Below the pieces are notes generated by a model. The model was not told the DNA's origin and made no database searches. It was given only the letters and a program-made list of their open reading frames with translations. Shown in pieces: positions 1-8,686 of a stretch of DNA of 64,000 nt; the stretch's first letter is position 1; each line of letters begins with the position of its first letter. This DNA is from Bythopirellula sp. GTDB lineage: Bacteria; Planctomycetota; Planctomycetia; Pirellulales; Lacipirellulaceae. Where the stretch lies: positions 1,088,001 to 1,152,000 of the forward strand of contig OZ244170.1 in the NCBI GenBank assembly GCA_965216565.1, written 5' to 3'. Both the position numbers and the translations under genes were made by a program.

Positions 1-1101
1 CTAGCTATCCAAAGGCACCGCTCCGAGCTTGTCGACTGTGCCGGGGAGGATCGGTTCGCCGGAATGCGAGCTGGCAACAGCGGCAAAACAGAGCTCCAAA
101 CTCCGCAGATTATTGCGTGCACTGTGCGAAGGCTGCCTATTTTCTGCGATGGCCAGCAGAAGCTCTGCCATCGTGCCGTGAAATCCGCCGGGAAACCAAC
201 TTCCAGATAACTTGGGCGAGAAGCTTCCCTCTTCGTTCTCCACATAGACAGTCTGGGTCTTGTTATCCGTTCCCGAGCAGCGGATGATGCCCCGACTGCC
301 GGTGACGACCGTCGTTTCCCACCCGCCTTGCGGCACGTGCGCATCGAAAGCCAGCGACACCTGCGCGTTCGGGTATTCCACCACCACCTGAGCCAACAGA
401 GGTGGTTCGATCTTTTGCGAAGGGGATTTGGCGACGCTGGCGTACACGCTCTGCGGTTGCTGATCGCCCATCACGGTCGTCACAAAGTCAAACCAGTGGA
501 TGGCAAAGTCGTACAGAATAAGATCTTCGATTTTCGCAAACTCAGTCCCCTCTACCCAACTATGATCCCAATGAACGCCGCAGTGGAGGCCGAGTACATC
601 GCCAATCAGGCCCGCCCGGACTGCTTCGCGTGTGTAACTGAAATGTGGTGCCCAGCGGGCGTTCTGATTCACCGCCAGCAGTACGCCCTGCTCGTCCGCC
701 AAATCGGCAAGGCGTCTCCCAGTCTCCAGGTCGAGCACATACGGTTTTTGGCTGAGAACATGCTTGTCGGCATGAAGAGCGTCTTCGATGAGGGCGGCGC
801 GAACCTCTGGGTGCGTGGCAATGTCGACAACTTCTAGAGATTCGATCTTTAGCAGGGCCCGGTGATCGTCGAAGACTTCGGCACTGGGATAGTATTCGTC
901 GCGGCGTTGTTTTGCCGAGTCCAGGTCAACATCGCATAGGGCCACGATTTCGTAGCCGGCGTCGCGGTAAGCCTGGAGGTGGTAATCCGTAATTCCGCCG
1001 CAGCCGATTAGCCCGATCGGAGGCCGATACGATTCCGGGTCTTTCGGCTGATATTGGATTTGAGGGAGGATCGATGAGATCTCATCTCGGCTGCTGGCCA
1101 T
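1..1101 (-). CDS. Gfo/Idh/MocA family oxidoreductase
   Basis: Rossmann motif GLIGCGGI, LSQKP, NQNARW and DFAIHWFD, typical of the family. Confidence 0.9.
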   Translation of the reverse strand: MASSRDEISSILPQIQYQPKDPESYRPPIGLIGCGGITDYHLQAYRDAGYEIVALCDVDLDSAKQRRDEYYPSAEVFDDHRALLKIESLEVVDIATHPEVRAALIEDALHADKHVLSQKPYVLDLETGRRLADLADEQGVLLAVNQNARWAPHFSYTREAVRAGLIGDVLGLHCGVHWDHSWVEGTEFAKIEDLILYDFAIHWFDFVTTVMGDQQPQSVYASVAKSPSQKIEPPLLAQVVVEYPNAQVSLAFDAHVPQGGWETTVVTGSRGIIRCSGTDNKTQTVYVENEEGSFSPKLSGSWFPGGFHGTMAELLLAIAENRQPSHSARNNLRSLELCFAAVASSHSGEPILPGTVDKLGAVPLDS

Positions 1102-1403
1102 GGGGAAGATATCGAATCGTTGTGGGCATGTCGATTGTCAAAAGGAAGGTCGTCAGCAGCATACCAGCATCCGAACCAGATTTCTACGATTGGTCGAGCG
1201 GCCGATACGTGGGGTATATCCACCCCTTTTGAATTTGAAACTGACTCCTCCGACTCATATACAATGTCGACATCAAAGAACGGTTCATGGCTGTCAGGAA
1301 GTGGCGGTTGAAAAATATGGCTAATGCGTTACCGTGGAGGTCTGTAAATCCTGCATTTCACCAGCCTCTAGGCTTGGAAACTCTATAAGAATCAAATATC
1401 TCC

Positions 1404-1787
1404 ATGGCAAAAAAGTCTGAGAGTAAGAATAAACGCATTCTGCTAGTCGACGATGATGCCGAAATCATCGAATCTTTGCGACTTGCGCTCGAAGCCCACG
1501 ACTATGAAGTCCTGATCGCCCGCGACGGCAATCAGGGGCTCGCACTCATCGAGCGAGAGACGCCCGACCTCGTAATTCTGGACATGATGATGCCCAAGCG
1601 GAGCGGCTTTCTTGTGCTGGAACGCCTTAAGAGAATGGGCGAGAAAAAGCACCGCATCATCATGATCACCGCCAACGAAGGTGCCCGGCACAAAGCCTAC
1701 GCCGAAATGCTCGGCGTCGACGACTACGTCCGCAAACCCTTCCCGATGGATCGACTGATTCAAAGCGTACAGCGGTTGTTAGGGTGA
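1404..1787 (+). CDS. Single-domain response regulator (receiver)
   Basis: ILLVDDD, phospho-acceptor in LVILDMMMP, IMITA, YVRKPF; no output domain. Confidence 0.92.
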   Translation: MAKKSESKNKRILLVDDDAEIIESLRLALEAHDYEVLIARDGNQGLALIERETPDLVILDMMMPKRSGFLVLERLKRMGEKKHRIIMITANEGARHKAYAEMLGVDDYVRKPFPMDRLIQSVQRLLG

Positions 1788-1818
1788 GGCTTTGAGGCTG
1801 GAAACTTCGAGGCGGTAG
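1786..1818. repeat. Short GAGGC-unit repeats, left flank of four-helix bundle gene
   Basis: gaggctgga (1794-1802) and acttcgaggcggtag (1804-1818); reverse complements occur at 2251-2281. Confidence 0.6.
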
Positions 1819-1863
1819 GTCAAGGCCATAGACCTCGAGTCGCGATTTGTGAGTGTTTAGATC

Positions 1864-2220
1864 ATGCGAGATCATCGCAAGCTACGTGCATTTCAGCTGG
1901 CTGACGAACTCGTAATAGAAGTCTACAAAGCCACTAAATTGTTACCTCGCGAAGAACAATTTGGGCTCACAAGCCAGATGCGGCGATGCTCAGTCTCTAT
2001 CCCATCGAATATTGTCGAAGGTTATGCTAAAGAATCCCTAGGGGACTATGTGCGATTTTTGAACATAGCCTATGGTTCGTCTCGGGAGCTTGAATACCAA
2101 ATCTCGATTTGTTCTAGATTGGGATACCTCGACAGTGAAAAGACACTTTCTCTCAATAGGCTAGTCATCGAGACATGTAAGGTCCTAGCGGGACTGATCA
2201 AATCGTTGAGAAAAAACTAG
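1864..2220 (+). CDS. Four-helix bundle protein (23S rRNA intervening-sequence protein family)
   Basis: EQFGLTSQMRRCSVSIPSNIVEG and FLNIAYGSSRELEYQ are characteristic; 118 aa. Confidence 0.9.
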   Translation: MRDHRKLRAFQLADELVIEVYKATKLLPREEQFGLTSQMRRCSVSIPSNIVEGYAKESLGDYVRFLNIAYGSSRELEYQISICSRLGYLDSEKTLSLNRLVIETCKVLAGLIKSLRKN

Positions 2221-2250
2221 GCCCAAATTGGAGGCTTCAGCTAACCCTCC

Positions 2251-2281
2251 TCCAGCCTCGAAGTCTACCGCCTCCAGCCTC
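2251..2281. repeat. Inverted GAGGC-unit repeats, right flank of four-helix bundle gene
   Basis: tccagcctc twice, gcctcgaagt and ctaccgcctc are reverse complements of left-flank units. Confidence 0.6.
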
Positions 2282-2282
2282 C

Positions 2283-3026
2283 TCAACCCATCGCAATCGT
2301 CCGTGCCAGTGGTTGCAGGATTGAGTCGATCACGTAGTCATCGAGCACTTCGTGGCACAGTTCGTTGAGCCTTTCGATCGTGCCGAGGTAGCTTTGGTCA
2401 GCGGCCAGGCTGCCGTATTGGCGGGCGGTGACGTAGACGCTGATCTGCTCTTCCTGATACTCGCCGGTGCGAATCTGATAGGCGTTCGAGCGAGATTCTA
2501 GACTGATGCGACATTGCAGTCGGCAATTCTCGTCGAGTGAGAAAGTGAAGTTCGGCTCGTAATTAATTGCCGTGGCTCCAGGCATGTGCATGAACTTTTC
2601 GAATGCAGGGCACAATCCTAGTGCTTCGGCGATCAGCTGGTTGTGATTGCCGCGATACGAGAAATCGAAGCCAATCAGTAGATCCAAGGCTTCGCAATCC
2701 ATAGGGCTTATCGACAGGGCATACGGTGCGACTTCCAATGCATGTCGATGCTGATCGAGCACGCTTTCCATCGATTCTGGATTCACCTGGCCAGAACAAA
2801 CGCGGCGTGCTTCGACCGTGCACCAGCGATAGTTTCCCTTGTCTTTATCTTCTTCGAGAATAAAGTCGTGTTTGTCACGAGAGTAAAAGTTTCGCATCTC
2901 CGGATACTTTTTCTGCATCTGTTCGAAGTAGTGCAGAACAGTCTCGCGATTGCTGGGAAGCTCCATCTCCGTGCTGAGATTCATGTTGACGTAAAAGTCG
3001 TCGGATAGCGAACTATAGGGATTCAT
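2283..3026 (-). CDS. Hypothetical protein, 247 aa
   Basis: Long ORF with globular acidic composition filling the intergenic space; no family recognised. Confidence 0.75.
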   Translation of the reverse strand: MNPYSSLSDDFYVNMNLSTEMELPSNRETVLHYFEQMQKKYPEMRNFYSRDKHDFILEEDKDKGNYRWCTVEARRVCSGQVNPESMESVLDQHRHALEVAPYALSISPMDCEALDLLIGFDFSYRGNHNQLIAEALGLCPAFEKFMHMPGATAINYEPNFTFSLDENCRLQCRISLESRSNAYQIRTGEYQEEQISVYVTARQYGSLAADQSYLGTIERLNELCHEVLDDYVIDSILQPLARTIAMG

Positions 3027-3300
3027 CGAATAAATAATTCCTCAAGCGGGCGAATAATAAACGGCCAATGCCCAGACGGTATTATGTTCCCAGTGCGTGT
3101 GAAAAGTACAGGACCCTAGCATGAGGGGCCTAGTCGACGGCTGCTTGCAGTAGCTTGCCAGAGGCTGGGAACTGGCCTCTACCTATGGTATGGTCAGCAG
3201 CATGGAATCTGTCAACATTTCGGGAGGCAATTTGTCTTCCAAATGCATCCCCATGTTCAGGCATTGGCAGTAAGGATAAACAGCGTTAAGGAGCGATGAT

Positions 3301-3831
3301 ATGCAAACTATTACGTTTCAAACCGACTTGGGAGCGACTGCGATCGCGTGTTCGGGTCAAAAGGTTGTAGCACTAACTTTTGGCCATTCTACCGAGTCGG
3401 CCGCATTGAGAGCCCTTCAGCGCCGCGTTAATGATAGCGCTTCGAATTCCTCAGTGCCCGTTGAACAAGAACTTGAGCTAGAGGATTTGATCGATCGTTT
3501 GCAGGCGTTCGCTCAGGGAGAACCTGACGCCTTTTCCGATATCGAGGTGGACGACAGTTATGGAACAAATTTTCAATGCCGCGTGCTGAAAGCATGCCGA
3601 GCTATTCCCTATGGGGAAACCCGAACTTACGGACAGCTAGCGAAAGCTGCCGGTCGTCCCGGAGCGGCGCGGGCCGTGGGATCTGTGATGTCCGGAAATC
3701 GCGTACCGCTGATTGTGCCCTGTCACCGTGTTGTGCCTTCATCCGGAGGCTTGGGTGGATTCTCTGCGCCACAGGGAGTAAAGATGAAACGCCGCTTGCT
3801 CGACCTGGAGCAGTCGCCCGTTGCCGTGTGA
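3301..3831 (+). CDS. ogt: Methylated-DNA--protein-cysteine S-methyltransferase
   Basis: IPYGETRTYGQLA, ARAVG, active-site PCHRVV; SD aggag upstream. Confidence 0.93.
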   Translation: MQTITFQTDLGATAIACSGQKVVALTFGHSTESAALRALQRRVNDSASNSSVPVEQELELEDLIDRLQAFAQGEPDAFSDIEVDDSYGTNFQCRVLKACRAIPYGETRTYGQLAKAAGRPGAARAVGSVMSGNRVPLIVPCHRVVPSSGGLGGFSAPQGVKMKRRLLDLEQSPVAV

Positions 3832-3857
3832 CGAGTGCAAGCCGAACGCGCTAGTTG

Positions 3858-3927
3858 CACCCGTAGCTGGATTCGCAAACATTCAGCAGGGCGAACTTCT
3901 GAATTCTTGCGAATCCAGCTACGGGTG
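3858..3927. repeat. GTAG-type REP-like palindrome between convergent genes (possible bidirectional terminator)
   Basis: Perfect 21-bp IR cacccgtagctggattcgcaa / ttgcgaatccagctacgggtg plus inner attcag/ctgaat. Confidence 0.8.
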
Positions 3928-3941
3928 ATTTGGATTTAGCG

Positions 3942-6900
3942 CTAAGCCGCTTCCAGCGAACGACAGTGCTGAGCCAATTCAATCCAACGGCTAATGCGTT
4001 TGGCCGAAGGTGCTTCTGCGGAGCGTAGGATACGTTGTCCCTGCTTCGTCTCGCAAAACTCTTGCACGCGTGAAATCAGTTCCGTCGGATCAAACGATGA
4101 GATCTCATTTGGCTTGGTCAACCCGCAGGCCACCAAGAGCATTGCACCATACCCGTGCAGTTCAGGAATTTGGCACACAAGCCGTGCTTGATTTTGCCAT
4201 TCGAGAATTGTCTTGCTGCGGATGTGTCGGGTATCGAGCAATTCTGCTGTGGACTCTGGATCGGCTTCCAGCAGGTCGTTAACGGTGTGGATGCCCACCT
4301 TGGCCAGTCGCTCTGCAGTCTTGGGTCCGATAGAAGGTGCCGCTTCAACATCACTCGAAAGTTCGAGATGGAATCGCCATTCATGACTTTGCCGGTCTGA
4401 TCCATTGCTGCTCGTGCGACGAGCATCGCCATTTCTTCGCGAGCGCGATCCGTTGCTGCGCGAGCGATTACCTCGTGATGCATTGCGTCGCGAAGAATTG
4501 CTGGACGAACTAGCGCCCCGACGAGAGCTTCTTTCGCGGGCTCCACCAGCCGCATAAATCCAGTCGTCGGTGCGGCTACGTGAATAGCGACTTCGATTTG
4601 TCTCAAAACGACCGTTGCGTTCAGACTCCAGGAAACTTGAAATCAAAGTCCACAGGTCTCCCGTATGGGCGTGCCGCAAGTCGTGCGGCGACATGATTCC
4701 CACCGCGGTTAGCAATTGGGCATCGTTCAGCGTTAGCTCAGGCACTTCGCACAACAGCCGCATGTGCGATTGCCACAGCGAGACGGTTGCTTCGGAAATG
4801 TCATCACGATCAAGCCGTCTGGCGATCGTCTTAGCATCGGCGTCGAGCAGATCGCCCACCGTATGGATTTCCAGTCGCGAGAAAACCGTGGCGGTGTCTT
4901 TTCCTAACACGGGGAACTCATTCAGCGAGCTGTGTGTCGATAGATAAAATACAGCTTCAATGTTGCCTGCTCCGTGTCCCGAAGCGAGTCTCAAGCCGGG
5001 ACTTTGCTCCCCATCGAACGTCTCACGAACAAGACGAGAGGACTTCTTTTTCACGGAGGTTGTTCGCGGCACGGGTGCTAGAGCTTCCCTGCCGAGTTCA
5101 ACAATGTGTGTGCTCAGAGATTCAAACGAATCGAGAGCCCGGGAATGGTCGGTAAGGAGCAAAACTTGATGTCCGGCTCTGCCGAAGCGATCAAGAACTC
5201 CCGCCATCACTGCCGCGTCAGCTGGGTCTTGCCGCAAGAAGGGCTCATCGAGCACCAGCGGTAGAGTCACGCCCTGCGTCGCAAAGGAACTGACAAGGCT
5301 CAATGTGAGTGCCAGGTAGAGTTGATCTCGCTCAGCCGGCTTGAGCGAGCCGGCATGGTGCGCTTGCCGTTGTTTGTCGACCACTCGAATCGTTTGCTGA
5401 TCTCGACTCAGACGCACCTGGGCAAACTTACCATTGGTGAGTTGCGCGAAGATATCTGAAACAGTCCAATGGTCAGCAAAACCTTGGGCCGGATCAAGAA
5501 CCTGCACATCCAGAGCCTGCTTGAGCAGGGATTCCAGTCGATCGATTTCCGCCCTGTCGGCTTCAATGGAAGAGCCTTCCACCAAACCAGCGCGCTCTTC
5601 TTGTAGTCGTTTCCAAGTAGTTTCGAGCTGCACAACCTCACGACCCAAGGCGGAAAGCTGGTTCAAAAGTTGGTAGCGATCTCGTTCGAGTAGGCCCCGC
5701 ATTTCTGCAGCGTCAGACTCGTTGGCCCAGTTGGCATCGCGGTGGCTTGCGGAAACATGGTGCCCATGTTGTTCGCAGTCGCAGTAATCCACAACGGGCG
5801 ACGTAGGAGTGACGGGACCCGCATAGTGAGGCGTGCGGGCAGACTCCAAGAGTGCTTCCCTATTGGTCAGCAGTTGCTCCAAACGGTCGGCCAACTCGAT
5901 CTGCACTCGATTCAGTTGGTGCAGTTCGTTCTGCACTGCTTGACGTTTTGCATTTCGCTGCTGTTCGGAAATCTGTCCGCACAGGCTGTAAACTTGTTTG
6001 CGGAGTAGTTCAGCAATGGGCGAAAAACGTGCGTGGGCATCTTCCTCAATCGAATGTTGCGACTGGGTTGTGCGGGCCAATTGGGCGACTTCGCTATCGA
6101 GGTCGTCAATCAATCGCTCCAGAACTCCAACAGTCCGCCGACTCTCAGCAAGAGCCGTAACGCGCGGGGCAGAGCCATCTGCCGTTAACTTGGCGAGTTC
6201 CGTATGCAGGTTGGCAGAGCGTGCCTGAGTATCGGTTAGGGTTTGACGACAGCGGAGGATTTCTTCGTCGAGTTCCCGGAGCTGGCGTTCATGCTCGTCT
6301 GTGCAGTGGTGCGAGGGGCGAGTTGAATGTTGATCGAGTGAATGGTAACGCAACGTGGTATCGAGGCGTGAAAGCTTCGATTCAACGTCTTGCAGCTGCG
6401 ATTGAAGCTCGTCGATCTGTTGGCGGCGGTTCTTGAGTGCTGCATCGACTTGGGCGGCTTCCTGCTCCAAGAGGTGACTATCGCGTCGGCCTGCGTGCAT
6501 GCGCTCTTCTAGCTGTTGGGCGATCGCATTGCGACGTCGTACGAGTTCTTCTACCCGCTGTTTATCGATTGGCTTATGGGCTACCGCGTTTCGATTCTCG
6601 TGCGGAAGCTGTGCGCCTAGGTATTGGGCAAACGGCGAGTCCAGCAGCAGCAAAGGATCTGGGGCAGATTGAAAATCGACGGCCAACAGGTTGGCGGCGC
6701 TCTTCAAGGGCAAGTCGCCTAACGCCGAGTGCAGCCAACGTGTGTCGGTGTGCTGGCCATCGGTGCCGGAGACAAACAGTTGGCTGCCTCCCTGACCGTG
6801 GTTCTTTCGTTCGAGCACATAGTCATTCGCATCTTTGCATACAAGGAGCGTTCCGCTCGCTACGGCGTCCTCGGGACGTACTCGAAATCGATGCGCCGAC

Positions 6901-7058
6901 TCGGTTTTGCCATAGAGAAGGTGGGCGATGAGCCCTGCCAGGGCACTTTTGCCGCCACGATTGCCAGAGTGAATTACGTTTAGGCCTGGTACGAGTCCGT
7001 CGAGGGAAACCTGGGGACAAGCGCCATTGCCGGTGAGATTGATTCCTGTAATTTTCAT
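3942..7058 (-). CDS. SMC/Rad50(YhaN)-like coiled-coil protein fused to two DUF4332-type HhH domains
   Basis: Start moved to MKITGINL. Walker A-like GLNVIHSGNRGGKS, long coiled coil, RDQLYLAL..LPLVLDEPF, then two repeats of the IGPKTAERLAKVGIHTVNDLLEAD type. Confidence 0.75.
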   Translation of the reverse strand: MKITGINLTGNGACPQVSLDGLVPGLNVIHSGNRGGKSALAGLIAHLLYGKTESAHRFRVRPEDAVASGTLLVCKDANDYVLERKNHGQGGSQLFVSGTDGQHTDTRWLHSALGDLPLKSAANLLAVDFQSAPDPLLLLDSPFAQYLGAQLPHENRNAVAHKPIDKQRVEELVRRRNAIAQQLEERMHAGRRDSHLLEQEAAQVDAALKNRRQQIDELQSQLQDVESKLSRLDTTLRYHSLDQHSTRPSHHCTDEHERQLRELDEEILRCRQTLTDTQARSANLHTELAKLTADGSAPRVTALAESRRTVGVLERLIDDLDSEVAQLARTTQSQHSIEEDAHARFSPIAELLRKQVYSLCGQISEQQRNAKRQAVQNELHQLNRVQIELADRLEQLLTNREALLESARTPHYAGPVTPTSPVVDYCDCEQHGHHVSASHRDANWANESDAAEMRGLLERDRYQLLNQLSALGREVVQLETTWKRLQEERAGLVEGSSIEADRAEIDRLESLLKQALDVQVLDPAQGFADHWTVSDIFAQLTNGKFAQVRLSRDQQTIRVVDKQRQAHHAGSLKPAERDQLYLALTLSLVSSFATQGVTLPLVLDEPFLRQDPADAAVMAGVLDRFGRAGHQVLLLTDHSRALDSFESLSTHIVELGREALAPVPRTTSVKKKSSRLVRETFDGEQSPGLRLASGHGAGNIEAVFYLSTHSSLNEFPVLGKDTATVFSRLEIHTVGDLLDADAKTIARRLDRDDISEATVSLWQSHMRLLCEVPELTLNDAQLLTAVGIMSPHDLRHAHTGDLWTLISSFLESERNGRFETNRSRYSRSRTDDWIYAAGGARERSSRRGASSSSNSSRRNASRGNRSRSNGSRSRRNGDARRTSSNGSDRQSHEWRFHLELSSDVEAAPSIGPKTAERLAKVGIHTVNDLLEADPESTAELLDTRHIRSKTILEWQNQARLVCQIPELHGYGAMLLVACGLTKPNEISSFDPTELISRVQEFCETKQGQRILRSAEAPSAKRISRWIELAQHCRSLEAA

Positions 7059-7292
7059 CCGTGTGCATCCTTGCGGGAGAAATTGGTGTTTTCGAAACAG
7101 TCGTCTGGGATTAATAACTGTTTGAGCAGAAAAAATAGCCCAAAAACGATATTTCGACAACATGAATCTAGCATTGCTAGCTGAGCTGATGTCTGATCGA
7201 ATGCTGCGATATGCAGCGATTGTCGTAACATCGCGAGCCGTGGCGTCTTCGCCCACGGCAGGCCATTCACTCAACCGATACATCAGAAAGCC

Positions 7293-8417
7293 GTGGACAA
7301 AAGCAACCACTTCGATTCGATCGTGATTGGTGTGGGTGGCGTGGGTAGCGCAGCCCTGTGGCAACTTGCGAGCCGCGGCGAACGCGTGCTGGGCCTCGAT
7401 CAGTTTCAGCCGCCGCACAAGCAGGGGAGTTCGCACGGGCAGACGCGCATCATCCGTCAGGCCTACTTCGAGCACCCCAATTACACGCCATTGCTCTTAG
7501 ATGTCTACAACCAGTGGCAGGAACTTAGCGAGCAAACGAGTCGCCAACTCTATCACGAAGTGGGCGTTTTGCAGATCGGGCCTTCCGAGGGCGAGGTCAT
7601 CCAGGGAGTGACGCTCTCTTCGCAGACGCACCAGCTCCACATCGAAGAGCTCTCCGCCGCCGACATCTCCCAACGCTGGCCAGTGCTGCGTGTGCCCGAG
7701 GAATTGGTCGGCGTGTACGAACCGCGCGCCGGCTACCTGCATGTCGAACAGTGTGTGCAGGCGCAGTTAGATGCGGCTGCGAGCGCTGGCGCCGAGCTGC
7801 GAACCGACGTCGAAGTGCAAGCCTGGCAACCTGGGCCGCCGGTTCGCATAGCGACCACTGCCGGTGATTTCCAATCAGATCGCCTCGTTATTGCTGCCGG
7901 AGCCTGGGCAGCCAGCCTGTTACACGATCTCGGATTGCAACTTGAAGTCCGTCGTAAAAGCATGTTCTGGTACGAGCCCGCCAATGAGGCTAGGTCCGAC
8001 TATCAGGACGTTCCCTGCTTCCTCTACGAGCTGCCGGCAGGGGTCTACTACGGACTTCCCAGGCATGACCGGCGCGGCGTCAAACTCGCAGAGCATTCTG
8101 GCGGAAACGTTGTGAAAGATCTCGCGACTGTGCCTAGAGAAGTGGACCCCACCGACGTCGAGCGCTTGCGCTCTTTCTCGCAGCAATATCTGCATGGACT
8201 TCCGCCGACGCATCGAGATCACGAAGTGTGCATGTACACGATGAGCCGCGACGGGCACTTCATCGTCGATCGGCATCCACAGCACCCGCATGTGGCACTG
8301 GCAGCGGGGCTATCGGGTCACGGGTTCAAGTTCACCCCGATCCTCGGCAAAGCCCTGGCCGACTTGGTGCTGGAAGGCCGCACCGCTATGCCGATCGACT
8401 TCTTGAGGTTGCGTTGA
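7293..8417 (+). CDS. solA: Monomeric sarcosine oxidase / N-methyltryptophan oxidase family flavoenzyme (possible pipecolate oxidase)
   Basis: GVGGVG, GSSHGQTRIIRQAY, covalent-FAD Cys in CMYT, GLSGHGFKF. Confidence 0.85.
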   Translation: MDKSNHFDSIVIGVGGVGSAALWQLASRGERVLGLDQFQPPHKQGSSHGQTRIIRQAYFEHPNYTPLLLDVYNQWQELSEQTSRQLYHEVGVLQIGPSEGEVIQGVTLSSQTHQLHIEELSAADISQRWPVLRVPEELVGVYEPRAGYLHVEQCVQAQLDAAASAGAELRTDVEVQAWQPGPPVRIATTAGDFQSDRLVIAAGAWAASLLHDLGLQLEVRRKSMFWYEPANEARSDYQDVPCFLYELPAGVYYGLPRHDRRGVKLAEHSGGNVVKDLATVPREVDPTDVERLRSFSQQYLHGLPPTHRDHEVCMYTMSRDGHFIVDRHPQHPHVALAAGLSGHGFKFTPILGKALADLVLEGRTAMPIDFLRLR

Positions 8418-8440
8418 TTAGGCAGCGCCTTGCCGCGAGT

Positions 8441-8472
8441 CGAAAAACAGGGACTGGCTCGACGCTGAATAG
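8441..8472. repeat. Truncated copy of AAAGGGACTGGCTC repeat family
   Basis: cgaaaaacagggactggctcgacgctgaata matches the left end of the 39761-39848 copy. Confidence 0.7.
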
Positions 8473-8481
8473 AAGACAGAA

Positions 8482-8576
8482 GTAGGGTGGGCCACAGCGC
8501 AGCGACGGCCCACCGTCCCGGCAAGTTTTAAGCGAGTGAAATCGGTGGGCTGCCGCTCCGCTTTAGCCCACCCTAC
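8482..8576. repeat. GTAG-family REP doublet (REPIN-like), 95 bp
   Basis: GTAGGGTGGGCC..GGCCCACC spacer GGTGGGCT..AGCCCACCCTAC; homologous to 50309-50403. Confidence 0.85.
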
Positions 8577-8686
8577 GCATGATAGTGGCAACAAACTTGC
8601 CATTGCGTCAGTGCTCGTGGGTTTTCAACACATAGTTTCGCAATCACGAGCCATTCCCCATTCCAAGTTCACAGAACGCCGTAGTA

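Noticed and set aside
1864..2220. rRNA operon or DGR implied by the four-helix bundle family
   Set aside because: No rRNA sequence, reverse transcriptase or template/variable repeat pair is visible.
7059..7475. N-terminal extension of the 1177-aa ORF
   Set aside because: It overlaps solA on the opposite strand, and the recognisable ATPase N-terminus begins at MKITGINL (7058).
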